Source: Octopus vulgaris
Taxonomy: Eukaryota
Length of the DNA: 64,000 nucleotides
NCBI GenBank assembly: GCA_951406725.2
Contig: OX597815.1
Span: 39,122,001-39,186,000, forward strand
Reading direction: 5' to 3'
Shown: piece by piece, positions 25,080 through 37,251 of the stretch
Layout of the letters: each line of letters starts with the position of its first letter
Numbering within the stretch: position 1 is the stretch's first letter
Program-made: the position numbers and the translations under genes
The notes under the pieces: generated by a model
What the model saw: the letters and a program-made list of their open reading frames with translations, nothing else
Told to the model about the DNA's origin: nothing
The model's database searches: none

Positions 25080-26601
25080 CTAGAAAGATAAAAAAAAAAA
25101 AAAATGATCATTTAGAAGCCCAAAGGTAATCATATATTGATAAACATGAAGTTAATGCCATAATTAATGTAACAAAACATCTCAAAATAAACATATAATG
25201 CAGTATGTAATGGGAAATAATAATATAACGGATGCATTAAAGTAAGACTAACTTTTAACTGTACTTATTTTGATATCTCAATTTCTATCTCAAAATCCAA
25301 CTAGTCATAAGTTGACAAAATAGCAATTATACATTTTATAGTATTTAATTCCGAGGTACACAATCCTAAACACTAACACCAAAAGAACTAACTTGTTTTT
25401 ATTATCGAATTTCAGTAATACAATGGATAAATATATTTAATCATACCTTCCCACACAGAAAAAAATTGTGTGGTGAAGTGAAAGATATTCTTGTTATCAA
25501 TTGTTGTGTGTGAGAGGTGTAAAAAGAAAATTAGAGTCAAGGTTAGATGTTTTCAATATTTGGTGTGTTTCCTTCATGTTCCATGTTCGTATATCACAGG
25601 AATAAGTTATTTTCTTTCTGCTTATGATTCATGCCAATTGCCCCTAGTACATTCCTATGCTAGGAGTGTACCATGGACAATTCATACACTAACACTTTAT
25701 AAAACTGGTTCAGTACAGTAAAGAAAAAAATCAATGTAATTATGTATATTGATAAGTAGTTTCAATCAACCAATCAAATCAGCCATTGTTCTCTCACTGC
25801 TGTGCAAATGTCATCCCCTCTATCTCACCACAAACTTCAGCTTTTGGTGTCAATCACTAATTCATCCTTTTATCTTGTTTGTTGTCAGTCTCTGCTTCTT
25901 CTTCAGCTTCTAGGGCATCCAGTGTCAGCTTTTCTGTCTATCTGTTGCCACTAGGTAGTTTTTTAAACTAAGATGTTGTTCCAACAAATTCTTATGATGG
26001 AGAAATACAGAACCTAACCAAAACTCTCATTACGCCCTGTGAAATTGCTCTTGGCAGTAATAGAATGCAAAAGCTATCATAAGAGCAATGCTATTATAGG
26101 TTAAGGCTATCACTGGATCATGTGGTTTTGATCATGAGTAAATATGACAAGAAATAATGATGAGGCATCACAGGATTTGGATTTCCCAGTAATAAGAATT
26201 GCATTACTGCTGAATGCCATAACTCTTGAGAACCATTCTAACAAGACCAGGTGGAATTGATTAGTGTGGCAATATAACCACTTGCAAAACTATATATAAA
26301 AAACAAGACTTTCTACCCTTCATTAATTAGATGTTTACTCACCCCAAATATGCTGTCCTCACCTATACCTAACATTTCAGTGGTTATAATAAGTTGAAAA
26401 TATTACAATCACATCTTAACAGCTAAATGATCGAAAAGTCATCAATAAATTACAATATAGAAGAATTTACTTCCCAAAATCTCATTTCTTCAAATCTTTG
26501 CCAAGATAACTACTATTTCCATTCATCCTAATTCTTTAAAACATTTCTAACATTTTTTTTTTTTTTACATCAAATCTCAGGTTTAACTGTCTTAGTCATC
26601 A

Positions 26602-26651
<50 letters not shown>

Positions 26652-26668
26652 TCACTCACTCACACACA
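26602..26668. repeat. (CA)n/(CACT)n microsatellite
   Basis: Directly visible. Confidence 0.95.
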
Positions 26669-26916
26669 GGATAATTATATTCATTAAATGTCTTCCATTT
26701 GTTTAATAAAACAATGTTGAACTCCCACAGTATAAATGTGAGTAGGTTGAGCAGAGACATTTTGGATGACTCAATCATAAGAAAACATTGCAAATGTTAT
26801 CTAGAAAGAAGTACATGTACGGAAACTATCCTGGCTGCAAGCAATAAACCACAATGCCTACAACAGGATATGTATATACAGACAATGGGGTTACACGAAG
26901 ACAACACATACATGAG

Positions 26917-26962
<46 letters not shown>

Positions 26963-27065
26963 ATTTTAGAGAGCAAAGGAATATGCACACTGTTCAGCAA
27001 ATAGATTTCCAGATGGTTATAGAGAGTAAGGGAATTCCTAGTGATAGTAAGAGATATTGTATTAC

Positions 27066-27140
27066 CATAGCTTGTTTCTTTTTGAGTTCTTCAAGTAAAG
27101 AAAGAAGTTCAGTATCAGCAACATCAAAGGCAGTTTGCCC
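27066..27140 (-). CDS. PPP1R12A: MYPT exon (GQTAFDVADTELLSLLEELKKKQAM)
   Basis: tttcAG|GGGCAA...GCTATG|GTAAT; 75 nt, phase 0->0; matches MYPT1 GQTAFDVADEDILGYLEELQKKQ. Confidence 0.96.
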
Positions 27141-28912
27141 CTGAAATAATGAAAACAAATATCAAATTTTATGAGAGACAAAGTAAAACAGATCTTAAAT
27201 AATCAAACAATTTATATGCAAATAATGTAAAACAAACAAACAAACAAACACACACACCAGCTAAAATTATTTAAGACATTTTGGATCCTCTCTCTGTCTC
27301 TGCCTTTTCTACAAACTTTCCTCTTATGATATGTCGATGGTCATCACACCACCAAGACTAACAGGAAATTGAAATCATATGACTGAGATGAAACATCACC
27401 TGAGTGTGCAACAGAGGCTCTTGAGCACTCATCTAATTTATGCATCCTATGCTTGGGTGTCTCCTAAACTTGCTGCCAATGCCTTGTAAGGGTCTTTCAG
27501 CATTAGCCCTTATGAAATTCCTTAAACAGATGCATACATGCACTGAGTAACTGACATACTCACACACACAGTGTGAGCAATATATATGAGAGAGGAAGAG
27601 AGAGTGTGGTAAATATATATAGAAAGGGAAGTTTACAATGAGAAAAGCATAAAAGACAGATCTGTTGCTGTCAGATTTGGAAATTTTAAAATTAAGTGAA
27701 TATTTTCAAATTTGGTATATAGATGTAATTTTACACACTGAATCTGATTTGGTGATTCATTTGTTCCAGAAACATGTTATAGATGTTTAAAGTTTGATCA
27801 TTTTTACCCAATCTGAAAACAAGATTTAGAAGCTGGCATTTTCTGCTTGATAGCTATCAGAAAATGAAAGCAAAACATTATGATAAAGTTTTAAACAAAA
27901 TGAAAGCAATTACAAGTCATATCAAGAGAGGGGGAGGGGGCTGCATGCATGATATATATATATATATATATATACACAGTGAGAGAGTGTGGTAAATATA
28001 TAGAGAGAGGGGGAAAGCATAAAAGACAGAAAGAGAAAGATAGAACAGATAGAGAGAAGTCGATCTGGCAATCTGAAGGGCGAGTTATTTCTAGTATCAA
28101 ATTGAAATTCTTGATTACTCTTAACCATAAACGTTCTCTTTGGGAGGCAGATTTTGAAAATCAAATCCCTTTTCCTAAAGTACACACCATTTCAGAGCCT
28201 TTCAGTGATATACACATGCTCATTTATATGTGTGGTGGTGGAAGGTAGGATGAATAAGACACCTACATTTGAATCTCCTGCCCACTGATCCTCTTAAGTC
28301 TTCATATACTGCCACCCCACTCTCATTTCACTCTTATTTCCTGTACTATGCTGCTTATATAATGACAACTGAAATCTGTGTTCAATACTCACTACCTTTC
28401 TATACCTTATGTACTGGCAATCAGCCCCTCTCATTCAGGTCACTCATTACTCACAAGTATCTCACACACACCATCATCTACCTTTAGTGCCATGTATCAT
28501 TAATTCTCTCTTATTTTTACTCATCTTTAATGCAATCTATTTCTCTTATTTTACACAAACACACACACACATTGATTTTTAAAATTACAGTAAAACAAGT
28601 GTGGAAAGATTTGAAGTAAACAACAGCCATTAGTAAGCCAATGAAATAAATACTGATAAAAAATTAAAATAGGAAATTTTATGACTTTTTTCATCATCAT
28701 ATATTGTATTGCAATCAGAGAGAGAAAAGTGCATGAGTAAGTTCAATATGTTAAGAAATAATTCTTTACAAACGGTTCAAACAATGGTGGTTCACAGAAA
28801 GGATAAGGGACTAGAAGCTATAACTCTGCAATAACGTGTGTCAGAATGAGGTGAAGTAAGAGAATAAGGAAACAATAAAAAGAAGGTCTGTAAACCAGAT
28901 AAAAGTGCTTAC

Positions 28913-29057
28913 TGCATTGTTTTTTGAGTCCATATCACAGAAATTTTCAGCTAATATTTTGCAAGCTCTATCCTGGCCCCAGTGAGCTGCTGCATGAAGA
29001 GGAGTCCAACCATCTGAGTCTTTGATATTTACATTAGCTTTTGCTTGGATTAATAAA
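28913..29057 (-). CDS. PPP1R12A: MYPT exon, ankyrin repeat (LLIQAKANVNIKDSDGWTPLHAAAHWGQDRACKILAENFCDMDSKNNA)
   Basis: ttgtAG|TTTATT...AATGCA|GTAAG; 145 nt, phase 2->0; DGWTPLHAAAHWG as in MYPT1. Confidence 0.97.
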
Positions 29058-29324
29058 CTACAATTAAAAAATAATCATGTAGATTATCAAAAGAAAAAAA
29101 AAGAACTGCATCAAAAAATAAAAAGCTTCAGAACATCACAACAATGTTCTGCTAAATGTTCTTCTAAATTAATGTCAGGACATGTTCCTCAGTAAGGTCT
29201 CAACCAACTGAGTAATTCTCTTAACTACCATTCCTCAACTATAATGCTTATAACTTATAGTTCTGCTTATAACATAGTTCTGTAAGCAACTAATATAGAG
29301 GCCTTCTGTGAAGGCCTCTATATT

Positions 29325-30700
29325 CACTATCCATTTTACTTCCAATTTCACAATACGTGCAGTAAAACTCCTCCAAAGTATTCCTCTGTCAGCCTTGTCA
29401 CTAGATACACTCAGTCATCAAAGGTAAAAATACCTCCAATCTTTGCAACTTAGTGTAGTAACTGGTTCTAGTAATGTCTCTTCCATTACCTTTGAATTTA
29501 AACAAGATACTCCAGAAGTAGCCACTATTTTTTGCCAACCTCTTCAAAATTTCTCACTGTAGAAATTAATTCCTTTCTCATGAAAAGAGCTCTAGTGTGC
29601 TTCATCTCTAAGAAAAGCCGTTCTTTGAACCTGGGAACTACTGTCCTACTACCCTCACTTCATTTCCAAAATACTGAAATTACCAATTACTTCTTTCATC
29701 CTTCTAAAAATCTTTTCTTGCTTATTGATCATTACAGCTTCCACACAGACATTATCTACTGGGCACCTACTCTTTTTATATCACTTACTCTTGATAACTC
29801 CAGTAAAAGCAAGGTCAGTGCATATGACATCAGCAGTACCTGAAGCTATCAAGTAAGAGAAACTTCTAACCAAGCTGCACAAATATGGACAGTATCCAAA
29901 CTTGAACTGGAAGCTTCTTGCCAGACTCTACTATTACAGCTCATAATAACAGAGCTCTTTCCAACTCGTACACTACCAACTCTTATGTGCCCCTAAGTTT
30001 AATTTGGGTCTCCTACACTCTTAATTCTGCACAATAACAACTTATTTTCACTTCTGACATCATTCCTATGTGGGCAATATCACTGTTTTCTACTTCCAAA
30101 TTTCAATTTAGGTGTCTCCATGAGCAGAGACTTTTAAAACAAAAACTTTACTGAAAACATAACAATCCAGTCTCCACGGCACAAAGACACACTAAAGGAG
30201 ACAGCCTTATGTCTCACATTGACAACTGATAACTTAAACTTTAAAATCCATCAGTTGCCAGGTTTTAAAATCTCTATTTCACATATATAGCAATGCAAAA
30301 GCTGTGTCCTATTCAGATCAAAAAAACATAGCCAAGATCAGCTGGCAAACCTCACTTTGAAAGTTATGGCACACAATGGAGTACTACTGATGCACACACA
30401 AACTTAGACCATGTCAAAAAGAAGTCCATCAGACCGACAGGAAATTTTTACTCACCAACGGTATCTGCTCCTTTGAACTAAATAGCAGCATACTTGATAT
30501 ACCCATCCCTACTAATCTCTTTTATCAGCTCTGCTGTATATATATATATCACCTACCCAGTCTCAATTCCTCTTCTTCAGAACTATAATTTTCTGAAATC
30601 CACTCGCTCCCACTTTTCCTGCAGACATCACTCTTCAGATATTCAAACAGAATCACATGGATCTTATTAATCTAAGAAATCTTGTAAAAGCTATGGGCAT
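29325..30700 (+). mobile_element. Highly decayed CR1/Jockey-group LINE remnant (a related piece lies at 32060-32195)
   Basis: MEYY...LDHVKKKSIR near 30373-30435 and MVYYSHI...LDDVQKKTVRL at 32102-32190 resemble the LEYCS..W...LDRVQ.KA.R post-RT motif; boundaries approximate. Confidence 0.5.
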
Positions 30701-30767
30701 TGCCCCACCTTTAGTGACTAGCCCATTAAAAAGATACAAGCACTGTCAAAACTACATTCCTCTACAG

Positions 30768-31732
30768 CAATGGTCCCCAACCTGAGGTTCATAGACACCA
30801 GGTGGTTTGCAAAAGTAGTACTGGGAGGGGGGAGGGTCCATAAACTAAATTCAAAACTTGATATAACACCATCATCCAGTGTTTTAAATCTGAGTTTTGC
30901 CTCTGTTAACTGGGGTGGCCAGATCAACCTCAATGCCACAGCAACTGAAGCACACAAATGCAGCCCACCCCAACCTTTGGGCTAGCTGGTGCCCATTCTC
31001 CCTTGCTATCATGAGGCTTTTTTAGAGCTGGATTTTCTCAGGGAGCATGCCCTTGCTTACCCCCAACCTCAGTTTCTAGACATGAGTGGTACTGAGACCA
31101 AGGCCTCTACCATGATTTTTAAGAAATGTTGTAGAAAACTAGCTCAGGAAGCAGGGACACTACTCCTTGAGACCCATACCTACATGAAGCAATTTGTCAG
31201 ATATAACCGATTTTGAACATAATTTGAGGCAATTTGTCAGAGATAATAGATTTTGAACATATTTTTAGCGATAATGACTACAATTTGGTAATATGTAGGT
31301 ATAGTTATATGTATATGTCAAAGTATGTATATATGTGTGTATTTATATAACAACCTTATGTACTTTTTAAAATCTCTGACGAAGCCTAGAGAAACACCCA
31401 AGCACCTCAATTTCATCTACTAATTACTTCAGTCCACTGGAGGGATAAAAGTAGAATGAGGTAATATTGCCTTTTGGCTGAAACAGCTGTAAGATATTAT
31501 CCCAATTTCTATTGCTCTATGTTATATATTTTAATAATTACTGATATTTTTATATTTTATATATCATATATGTAAAGCATAATATGTTATACATGTATGT
31601 ATGTTGTTATAATTGCCCTTTTAGTAAATAAATATAATGTCTAAAAGTTGATGAATACCACCTATTGATCCCCTCTATTTTCTTATTGCTCTCTCCCTTT
31701 CTGTATGTGTGTGTGTGTGTATGTGTGTGTGA

Positions 31733-31768
<36 letters not shown>

Positions 31769-32030
31769 TAACCTTTAAAGGTATTTTTTAATATGCTGGC
31801 CATTGATAAAATGTTTTTTCGAAAAGAATTTTATCCTACATTAAATAAATATATATATATATAAACTTTTATTAGTTTCAGCCTTGAGGCTGTGGCAATG
31901 CTGGGACACTGCCAGTGATATAAAATATATATACACACATACATACACATAAGAATATTAAAAGGGATTCCGTGGAAAAACTTATTTAAATAAATGGTGT
32001 CCTTGGTAGTGAAAATGTTGGGAACCACTG
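30768..32030. mobile_element. Non-autonomous hAT (Charlie-like) element with nested insertions
   Basis: TIRs CAATGGTCCCCAAC / GTTGGGAACCACTG; perfect 8-bp TSD CTCTACAG at 30760-67 and 32031-38. Confidence 0.88.
31372..31495 (+). ncRNA. Type-I hammerhead ribozyme motif, probably from a Penelope-like retroelement pseudo-LTR
   Basis: ATCT-CTGACGA-AGCC...GGCT-GAAAC-AGCT-GTA/AGAT: complete core, stem I ATCT/AGAT, stem II AGCCtAGAG/CTTTtGGCT, palindromic stem III ACAGCTGT. Confidence 0.75.
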
Positions 32031-32314
32031 CTCTACAGAGTTAAAAAATACACCAGCCATGATTAGCAACTGAACCTTTCTACAAACGCTCAGAATACAC
32101 AATGGTGTACTATTCCCATATCTAGGCTCATATTGCTGCTACAAACACAAGGCTAGATGATGTTCAAAAGAAGACTGTCAGATTGACTGGCAAGTATAAA
32201 TATAATACATCAATTTTGGCTTAGATTTTCACAAATATATTGATCTAATTACTTAGAAGGTACACCAAAACTACTAGCCAATTATCAAGTAGTCATTAAG
32301 AAGTATGAACTTAC

Positions 32315-32474
32315 TGCATAACTTTGATATAGCCCTTTGCTGCTGCTACATGAAGAGCAACAGCACCTGTTTTTGCATGAGGCCGCTCTGTCACACAATT
32401 GGAATTTAACCATTGGTTAGCATCAGAAAGCATCATTTCTTCCTCTTCTCGTCGTGCTGCTTCAGCATCCACAC
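32315..32474 (-). CDS. PPP1R12A: MYPT exon (GVDAEAARREEEEMMLSDANQWLNSNCVTERPHAKTGAVALHVAAAKGYIKVM)
   Basis: tttaAG|GTGTGGAT...TATGCA|GTAAG; 160 nt, phase 1->2; ankyrin hinge plus ALHVAAAKGY. Confidence 0.96.
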
Positions 32475-32687
32475 CTTAAATTAAATAAATGAAAATAATT
32501 AATCAAAATTTATTTAGAAAGACTTACAAAAATGTATATAATTGTATTGTAGAGGTAAATTCTTAAAAATCAAGTCATTGATTTGGTATTTTTCATTCTG
32601 AAGAGAATGCTGGCATGAAATAATAGAATCTGATAGAGGAGTATGTCAAAGGGACATTGAAATTTCAAAGGCCTATGTGCATCAAAA

Positions 32688-32900
32688 TCATCCTCCTCCT
32701 CCTTTAACATAGGTTTTCCATGCTGGCAAAGATTGGAGGGTTTGACCAGAGCTGGGAAGCAACACCGGGTTCCAGTTTGATCTGACTTGGTTTCTATAGT
32801 TGGATGCCCTTCCTAACGCCAACCACTTTAGAGTGTGCTTGGCACTTCTAACATGCCGGTGACACAACTGCTTTTACGTGGCACCAGCATGAGTGCTTTG
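32688..32900 (-). mobile_element. RTE LINE 3' tail copy (reverse orientation)
   Basis: CATCATC...TTTTCCATGCTGGC...TGGATGCCCTTCCTAACGCCAACCAC is the reverse complement of the family tail. Confidence 0.72.
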
Positions 32901-35769
32901 GACATGGCACTGACACAGGACTCTCGCAGGCCAATCCTCTTCAGCAGGAGACGCTGCCTTAACACTTCTGCTGTGAAGGACAGGTCTTCTGGAATAAGGT
33001 TGACCATTACATATATTTTACAAAGGTTGTATTTACAAAAGGTAGGTTTCACAAGAATCCTATCACCATAAAAGTTCAAATGACAAAGATTAGCAGGTGA
33101 CCCAAGTTGAGTGACAAACACTTTTACTATTTTACACCTTTTTTTCCATGCTGTCATTGGTTGGATGATGTTTGTTATTGCAGGTGTGTGTTCCTGCTAC
33201 AAATATGTTGATCATGAAATAGGAGCGAAACTATAAAACAGAAAATATTTAATATAACATTTGCTAGTCAGTAACTCCGTTTCTATTCCTATATTCTATT
33301 CTAGTTGCCTTCTAGAAAGAAAAACTAAACTCAATTTCATTTTCTGTCCCTACAAAATCGAGGCCTTATCCTTATCTTAGAAATTCTTTCACTATATTAA
33401 CCATGAGATTGGCTCTTTCAACTTCCCTACTCTTTGTTCTTTCTTTCAAACAAATTCAATAAAACAAATGATTGAATTCCAGAACATAAAAAAAATTTTC
33501 TAACAGGTGTTTTAAAAACCCTTTTAAATTAACATCAAACAATTTGAACTCTTTAAAAATAAATATCTTGAGTTAAGTACTTAAAAACTTTTCCAATCAC
33601 ACCAATATTAAAGTATTTTTAATATAATAAAAATATTTATTGCTAAATGATAGCAAAGACTAACTACATAAAAAAAAAAAAAAGCAGCCATCTTTTTCAG
33701 CTCCCAACAACTATTAACCCACAACAAAGCTCAGATGAAACCACAAGAGTAGTACCGCTCCAACATCTAGGACTGTGCTGCTGTTGTATGTGCAGATATC
33801 CTCAACTGCATCCAAAAATAAAAATACATAAATAAAGAAACTTTCAAACCCAGTGGTGGGTTTGAAAGCAATCGATCTGTTCCATTTGTTATCCCTTGTC
33901 AGATAATCCTCATTATGTTTTCCGACAAAAATGAATCCTCTGACCTTCAATATTATGTTTAACAATATAGCTGATTCCCCTGCTAGATAGATATTTTATA
34001 TTTTTATTTTTATACGTTTGCAATAATTTATTTTTTCTTATGTTGTCCCTTAGATCATATCCCCTTAGTCATATTGCTTTAGTTATATCGTACTCACATA
34101 TTTATTTACTTGTCTAAATTTAATTTAATTTAATCTAATTTACTCTCCTACTTGTCCATTGTGGCCATGGTTTATTGATCCATGTATTCTTTAATTTATT
34201 TACTTATTTATTTATCTGATTTGTTTCCGTGTTAACCATCAACGAACCGGAACCCTGTCATAGTTTAAAAAAAAAATAGCTGACCAATTATGTTGCAGGA
34301 CTGACCCTAACCACTGCACACAAGGATTCAGGGACTTGTTGATCAAAAAAATAACTAACATGAACACCATACTTTGGTTGCCACCTGGTGCCATACTCTC
34401 TTTAGTACCAACTGACATCCTACATATAAACTTTCACCTCTGAAACATGGACCATACTTTCAAACCCACCACTGTAAATACAAACATAACGTGTATTTAT
34501 ATGTAAATTTAGGCATGTATGGATGTGTGCACATATATATATGTATGTGCATGTGTGTGTACGTTTGTATGCATGTATTCTGCATATTCATGTGTGTGTG
34601 TTTACATGTGTATGTACCTCTGTCTCCTTGTGTGTGCATGCCTGAGTGTGTTTGGGGGCAAGTGACTATGTACTGCGTATGTATGGATGTCTCTCCATAT
34701 GTGTATACATATGGTTTTAATTATATCTTTATACACGCACATACACACATACAAAATTGACACACCGTCGGTTACAATGGTTACAAGTATCCAAAACTTC
34801 TTCACCACTCTTTAACTTCATTTTACTACCTCTTAAAAAGAAGGGATTTGTCTACTTGGACTATATGTTTGCTAATATTGTTGATGGACATGCATGTCAC
34901 TGACATTTCACATGTAAAGTCCAGGATTGTGTGAAAAGATGTGAAGACTTGACTTTTTCCCATAAAAAGTGTGAAGACAATTGCCTTTTTTCCATAAAAG
35001 TATTAAAAAGTTATTTGGAAATCATAAAGAGAAACAAGTAGTAGACTTGCACTGTCTGTATTTTAAAATCACAAATTAAGGAAGAAGTTGGTTTGGGTTG
35101 ATTTAAAAAAAATTTTTTTTTTATTTATTATTTTGCATAATCACATTAATTCCATTATGCAGAAGATAGAATCGGAAAAATTTTGCAAGAATTTGCAAAA
35201 ATAAAAATGTTATGAGCGGATTTTAGCATGTGCTTACATCATAACTCCAACCAAAACTCTTATTTAAATGTAGATTCTTTCAGACAAATCATATGTGATT
35301 GTTTAAAGAAGGCTAGAACGACAATGCTAAAACGTATTTGAACAAAGGATAACATTTGAGATATAATGGATGAGTAAATAAGCATCCTCAAAGTGAAACA
35401 ACACATTGGTAGGTAAACAAAGGTATCAACAAATAGAAGGGGAACATCACCTTTCAAGTAACTGAGAATAGGTAAAGATATGCTTGCCAGTTTAATGCAG
35501 TTTAAATATGGAGGTTAAGATTGTTTGGTATTGGATATTATCGCGTACATTGTTAATTTAATAAATATTGAAATAGACAAAATCCTTCCACTTTTATAAA
35601 GCAGATTAAAAAAGTAAAGGAGACCCTACAGACAAGAAAACTATACCCATTTACACAGGAGCACTGGAAAAATATTATAGTGCATGACCATCCTTGGGAC
35701 ATAAGTAATCTGTGCATAGACTTTGGTGAAAATCAGTTAAAAATTATGGAAATGTATGCATTAGTCATT

Positions 35770-35985
35770 ATACGCACACATACTGCAATATACACATACA
35801 CACATATACACAGACATACATATGCACACATACATATATATATACAGACATATACATAGACATATATATACATACATACAGATACACACACACACATGCA
35901 TGCATGCACGCACGCACACATACATATACGTATATACATAGATATGCACATACGCACACATATATACACATACACATGTATATAT
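35770..35985. repeat. Compound purine-pyrimidine (CA/TA) low-complexity repeat
   Basis: Directly visible; source of spurious MCVY-rich ORFs; a similar tract lies at 34490-34750. Confidence 0.9.
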
Positions 35986-36260
35986 GATAGTTGTCTATAG
36001 CTTCTGCAAAGTTTGACCACCTCCTGCACCTAGACGTTAAAACCATCATGGCATCTGATGTGGTGTCTTAAACCAGACAATGTTTTCGAAAGACACCCAC
36101 ATAGATTGCATTTGTGATTTGGAGCAACAAGAGCTGCAGATAAGTTCTGATCTTTGTGAATCTTAAAATGTCTGTCAGATTTGCAATTCTTCTGACATAC
36201 ATTGCATTGACGGGTGTGCACAGACATATACGCAGAATAGTTGATGGAGGTGCCCATTCA
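35985..36260 (-). mobile_element. LINE 3' end encoding C-terminal C2H2-type zinc fingers
   Basis: ORF 36030-36257: CNVCQKNCKS-RHFKIH and CNLCGCLSKTLSGLRHHIRCH; short 3' region then a microsatellite tail; no TGEKP linker. Confidence 0.6.
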
Positions 36261-36294
36261 TATACATATATGATGCATCAGGTGATATGATATG

Positions 36295-36672
36295 CTTGAG
36301 AATACCTGTTAAGTAAACCTAAAATCATAGCTATGGCCAGTGACTCCTGACTGGCACCCAGTCTGGTGGCATGTAAAATGCATCATCTAAATGTGGCTGA
36401 TGCCAGAACCACCTGACTGGCTCCCATACCAGTGGCACGTAGAAAGCACTATCCGAACATGATTGATGCCAGGCCTGTCTAACTGGCTGCTGTGCCGGTG
36501 GCATGTAAAAAGCACCCACTACACACTTGGAGTAGTTGGCGTTAGGAAGGGCATCCAGCTGTAGAAACATTGCCAGACCAGATTGGGGCCTGGTGCAGCC
36601 ACTGGCTCTCTAGACCTCAGTCAAACTGTCCAACCTATGCCAGCATGGGAAACAGACATTAAGCAATGATGA
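36295..36672 (+). mobile_element. RTE LINE 3'UTR copy
   Basis: Same three GGTGGCACGTAAAAAGCAC-type units, GGAAGGGCATCCAGCTGTAGAAAC block and GATGAT tail as 4690-5050. Confidence 0.8.
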
Positions 36673-36864
36673 AACATATACACACACACACACACACATA
36701 CATATATATATTATATATATATATTATATATATATACATATACACATTTACATACACTAGAAAAATAGAAAAATCTAATGTTTTACTTCCAGAAGGGAGT
36801 GGTAAAAAGTTTAAATACATATAAAAAAAATTCCTGTACTCATACATCAAAAATGTAAACTCAC

Positions 36865-36983
36865 CTTGGCGATTCATTTCTTCTTGAAGCAACTTTTCCA
36901 TTTTGGCGTCTTCACATATATCAAGAGGAAGATCGCCATCATTGTTAACAGCAGCTATATTGGCACAGGTGCTGATAAGATAT
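36865..36983 (-). CDS. PPP1R12A: MYPT exon, ankyrin repeat (YLISTCANIAAVNNDGDLPLDICEDAKMEKLLQEEMNRQ)
   Basis: tttatAG|ATATCTT...CGCCAAG|GTGAG; 119 nt, phase 2->1; matches MYPT1 FLIGQGAHVGAVNSEGDTPLDIAEEEAMEELLQNEVNRQ. Confidence 0.95.
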
Positions 36984-37251
36984 CTATAAAAATGGAAAAT
37001 ATATGTGATAAAGTGATACTAAAAGCAGTCTTTACAATATAAGCTACAGATAATCAGATCAGTCAAAACACAACAATCTATCTTCAGAGCAATTAATGCA
37101 TTGAAAAAGCCTAAATCACAACTAACTGATACAATATAACTGGTGGTGCCCTTTGAAAATATTTGAAAATTAGTGGACATAAGATATTTTAATTCAGAAA
37201 TTTTAAACTATTTATACTATTACATATCCAGTAAAATCACTAGCCTTTATA

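Larger units (their letters stand above)
533..36983 (-). other. PPP1R12A: Span of the identifiable exons of a myosin phosphatase targeting subunit gene (MYPT1/PPP1R12 family, Mbs ortholog); partial at both ends
   Basis: 16 GT-AG exons with compatible phases give ankyrin repeats (LPLDI, ALHVAAAKGY, GWTPLHAAAHWG, GQTAFDVAD), then LRKFGS, RSASTPRL, RKARARKARETRRSTQG and RERRSTG, all diagnostic MYPT motifs. An invertebrate gene is probably co-orthologous to PPP1R12A/B/C. Confidence 0.95.

Noticed and set aside
35733-36049. Cys/Val/Tyr/Met-rich ORFs (also 34491-34760, 20885-21076, 26797-27000)
   Set aside because: Translations of microsatellites
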